Sequence record: NC_004629.1
Length of the DNA: 64,000 nucleotides
Reading direction: 5' to 3' (one strand)
Under the pieces are notes generated by a model, which made no database searches, was not told the DNA's origin, and saw only the letters and a list, made by a program, of their open reading frames with translations. Numbering within the stretch: the first letter of the stretch is position 1; each line of letters opens with the position of its first letter. The position numbers and the translations under genes are program-made. Of this stretch, positions 62,972 to 64,000 are shown piece after piece.

Positions 62972-63049
62972 TTAATTATGAAAATGGGGGTCTAAAGACC
63001 CCCTATCTATTTAATAGAATGAAACTAATCTTAATAATGGTGAATACTA

Positions 63050-63346
63050 ATGAATAAATATTACCATTTGAAGAAACAGAAGGATGCTACATGGACAATT
63101 GAATTTCTAGGAAAGATGCGTAATTTTAAATTCAACCATGTAACTAAACAGAATAATAGCTGGGTTAGCATGGGTATTGAAGGTTATCCAGCACTTAAAT
63201 TTAACTGTGATGGATTTGGTAGATTAGAAAGTATTCAACCCATTGATGATGATTTAACCATCGATGAAATATTTATTCCACGTAAACATTCTGTTTCACA
63301 GTGTATCGATATAACAACACTTTACATAGGTGGTCAATGTGACTGA
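63050..63346 (+). CDS. Beta-rich hypothetical protein (98 aa)
   Basis: ORF. Confidence 0.65.
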   Translation: MNKYYHLKKQKDATWTIEFLGKMRNFKFNHVTKQNNSWVSMGIEGYPALKFNCDGFGRLESIQPIDDDLTIDEIFIPRKHSVSQCIDITTLYIGGQCD

Positions 63347-63776
63347 GATAATATTAGTTATTTTATCATTGTTTGTTCTTTCAGTCATAACCGGCTATTG
63401 TATAACCCGGTTAGAGAAAACCGAAGATATAGCCTATTATGTTAAATCAATTACGTATTACTTAGGTGAATCCGGTGATACATTTTTTAATAGTGAACCC
63501 AAAGTAATACAGCTGGATAACCCTGTAAAACTAGTTTTCACTAATGAACCAGTTCAAATAAAAACACTTTATTTAGACCTAGATAAGAAAGAATTATATC
63601 TTAATCATCCCGAACATGCTTGTATTGTAATGCGTGTTATTTTCTTTTTAAATTATCATAACCAGAAAAAACTCATCGGTTATTCAGATGAGTACTATCA
63701 TGACAATGAGTATGTTGATAGTGAGTTTGATATGGTCATAAAGAAAATTAGTGTAGAATGCTATAAAGGTTTATAA
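63330..63776 (+). CDS. Membrane-anchored beta-rich protein (148 aa)
   Basis: IILVILSLFVLSVITGYCI transmembrane segment. Confidence 0.7.
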   Translation: MVNVTEIILVILSLFVLSVITGYCITRLEKTEDIAYYVKSITYYLGESGDTFFNSEPKVIQLDNPVKLVFTNEPVQIKTLYLDLDKKELYLNHPEHACIVMRVIFFLNYHNQKKLIGYSDEYYHDNEYVDSEFDMVIKKISVECYKGL

Positions 63777-63812
63777 TGGTCAATTTTATAGACCATCAAT
63801 CAGGAGTTAATA

Positions 63813-64000
63813 ATGAGTGTTCTACAACAGCTAGGAAGTTTCCCAGTATATAAGAAAACTAATGGTGAAACTCGATTTCTATTAGACCATGATGTTGCTA
63901 TCAGCATGGTTACAACTGAGCAAGGTAGTTTTATGACTGCCCCACTAAAAACAGATGGGGTAGAGTTCAATCTATCTGAAGTCTTTGGTGATTATAAAAA
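63813..64000 (+). CDS. Hypothetical protein, truncated by window end
   Basis: AGGAG RBS; MSVLQQLGSFPVYKKTNGETRFLLDHDV..., open to 64000. Confidence 0.65.
   Translation, partial: MSVLQQLGSFPVYKKTNGETRFLLDHDVAISMVTTEQGSFMTAPLKTDGVEFNLSEVFGDYK

Overview
AT-rich fragment of a phiKZ-like Pseudomonas jumbo phage (Phikzvirus, nucleus-forming Chimalliviridae). It is probably phiKZ itself or a very close relative. The assignment rests on recalled gene order and protein lengths: virion RNAP beta / HNH / virion RNAP beta' / 2237-aa tail lytic-transglycosylase protein / 664-aa partner (gp178-gp182-like). No search was run. Left end (1-12 kb): the virion RNA polymerase beta' gene is split inside its catalytic (A)D|FDGD motif by a 1443-nt group I intron (346-1788, minus strand) carrying an HNH homing endonuclease; the divergent giant tail protein follows. 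Most of the remainder is a + strand accessory region of about 100 short ORFs, arranged in modules bounded by GC hairpin terminators and TATATTAC-type early promoters. One minus-strand island (22.2-26.8 kb) encodes two virion-type proteins and an SF2 helicase. Recognisable enzymes: dTMP kinase, dCTP deaminase, thymidylate synthase, DEDDh exonuclease, AAA+ ATPase, SLOG/DprA-like protein, RlaP-type nucleotidyltransferase, Mesh1/SpoT-like HD hydrolase and a Zn-deaminase-fold protein. Most interesting: (i) an early operon of paralogous exported two-cysteine helical proteins (54.7-57.8 kb); (ii) a GC-rich ORF-free structured RNA candidate (26.83-27.03 kb); (iii) a Tad1-like immune-signal sponge domain with a long N-terminal extension; (iv) a phage SspB ClpXP adaptor with an extra domain; (v) near-identical terminator+promoter cassettes that could shuffle gene modules. 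No tRNA, rRNA or CRISPR array was seen.
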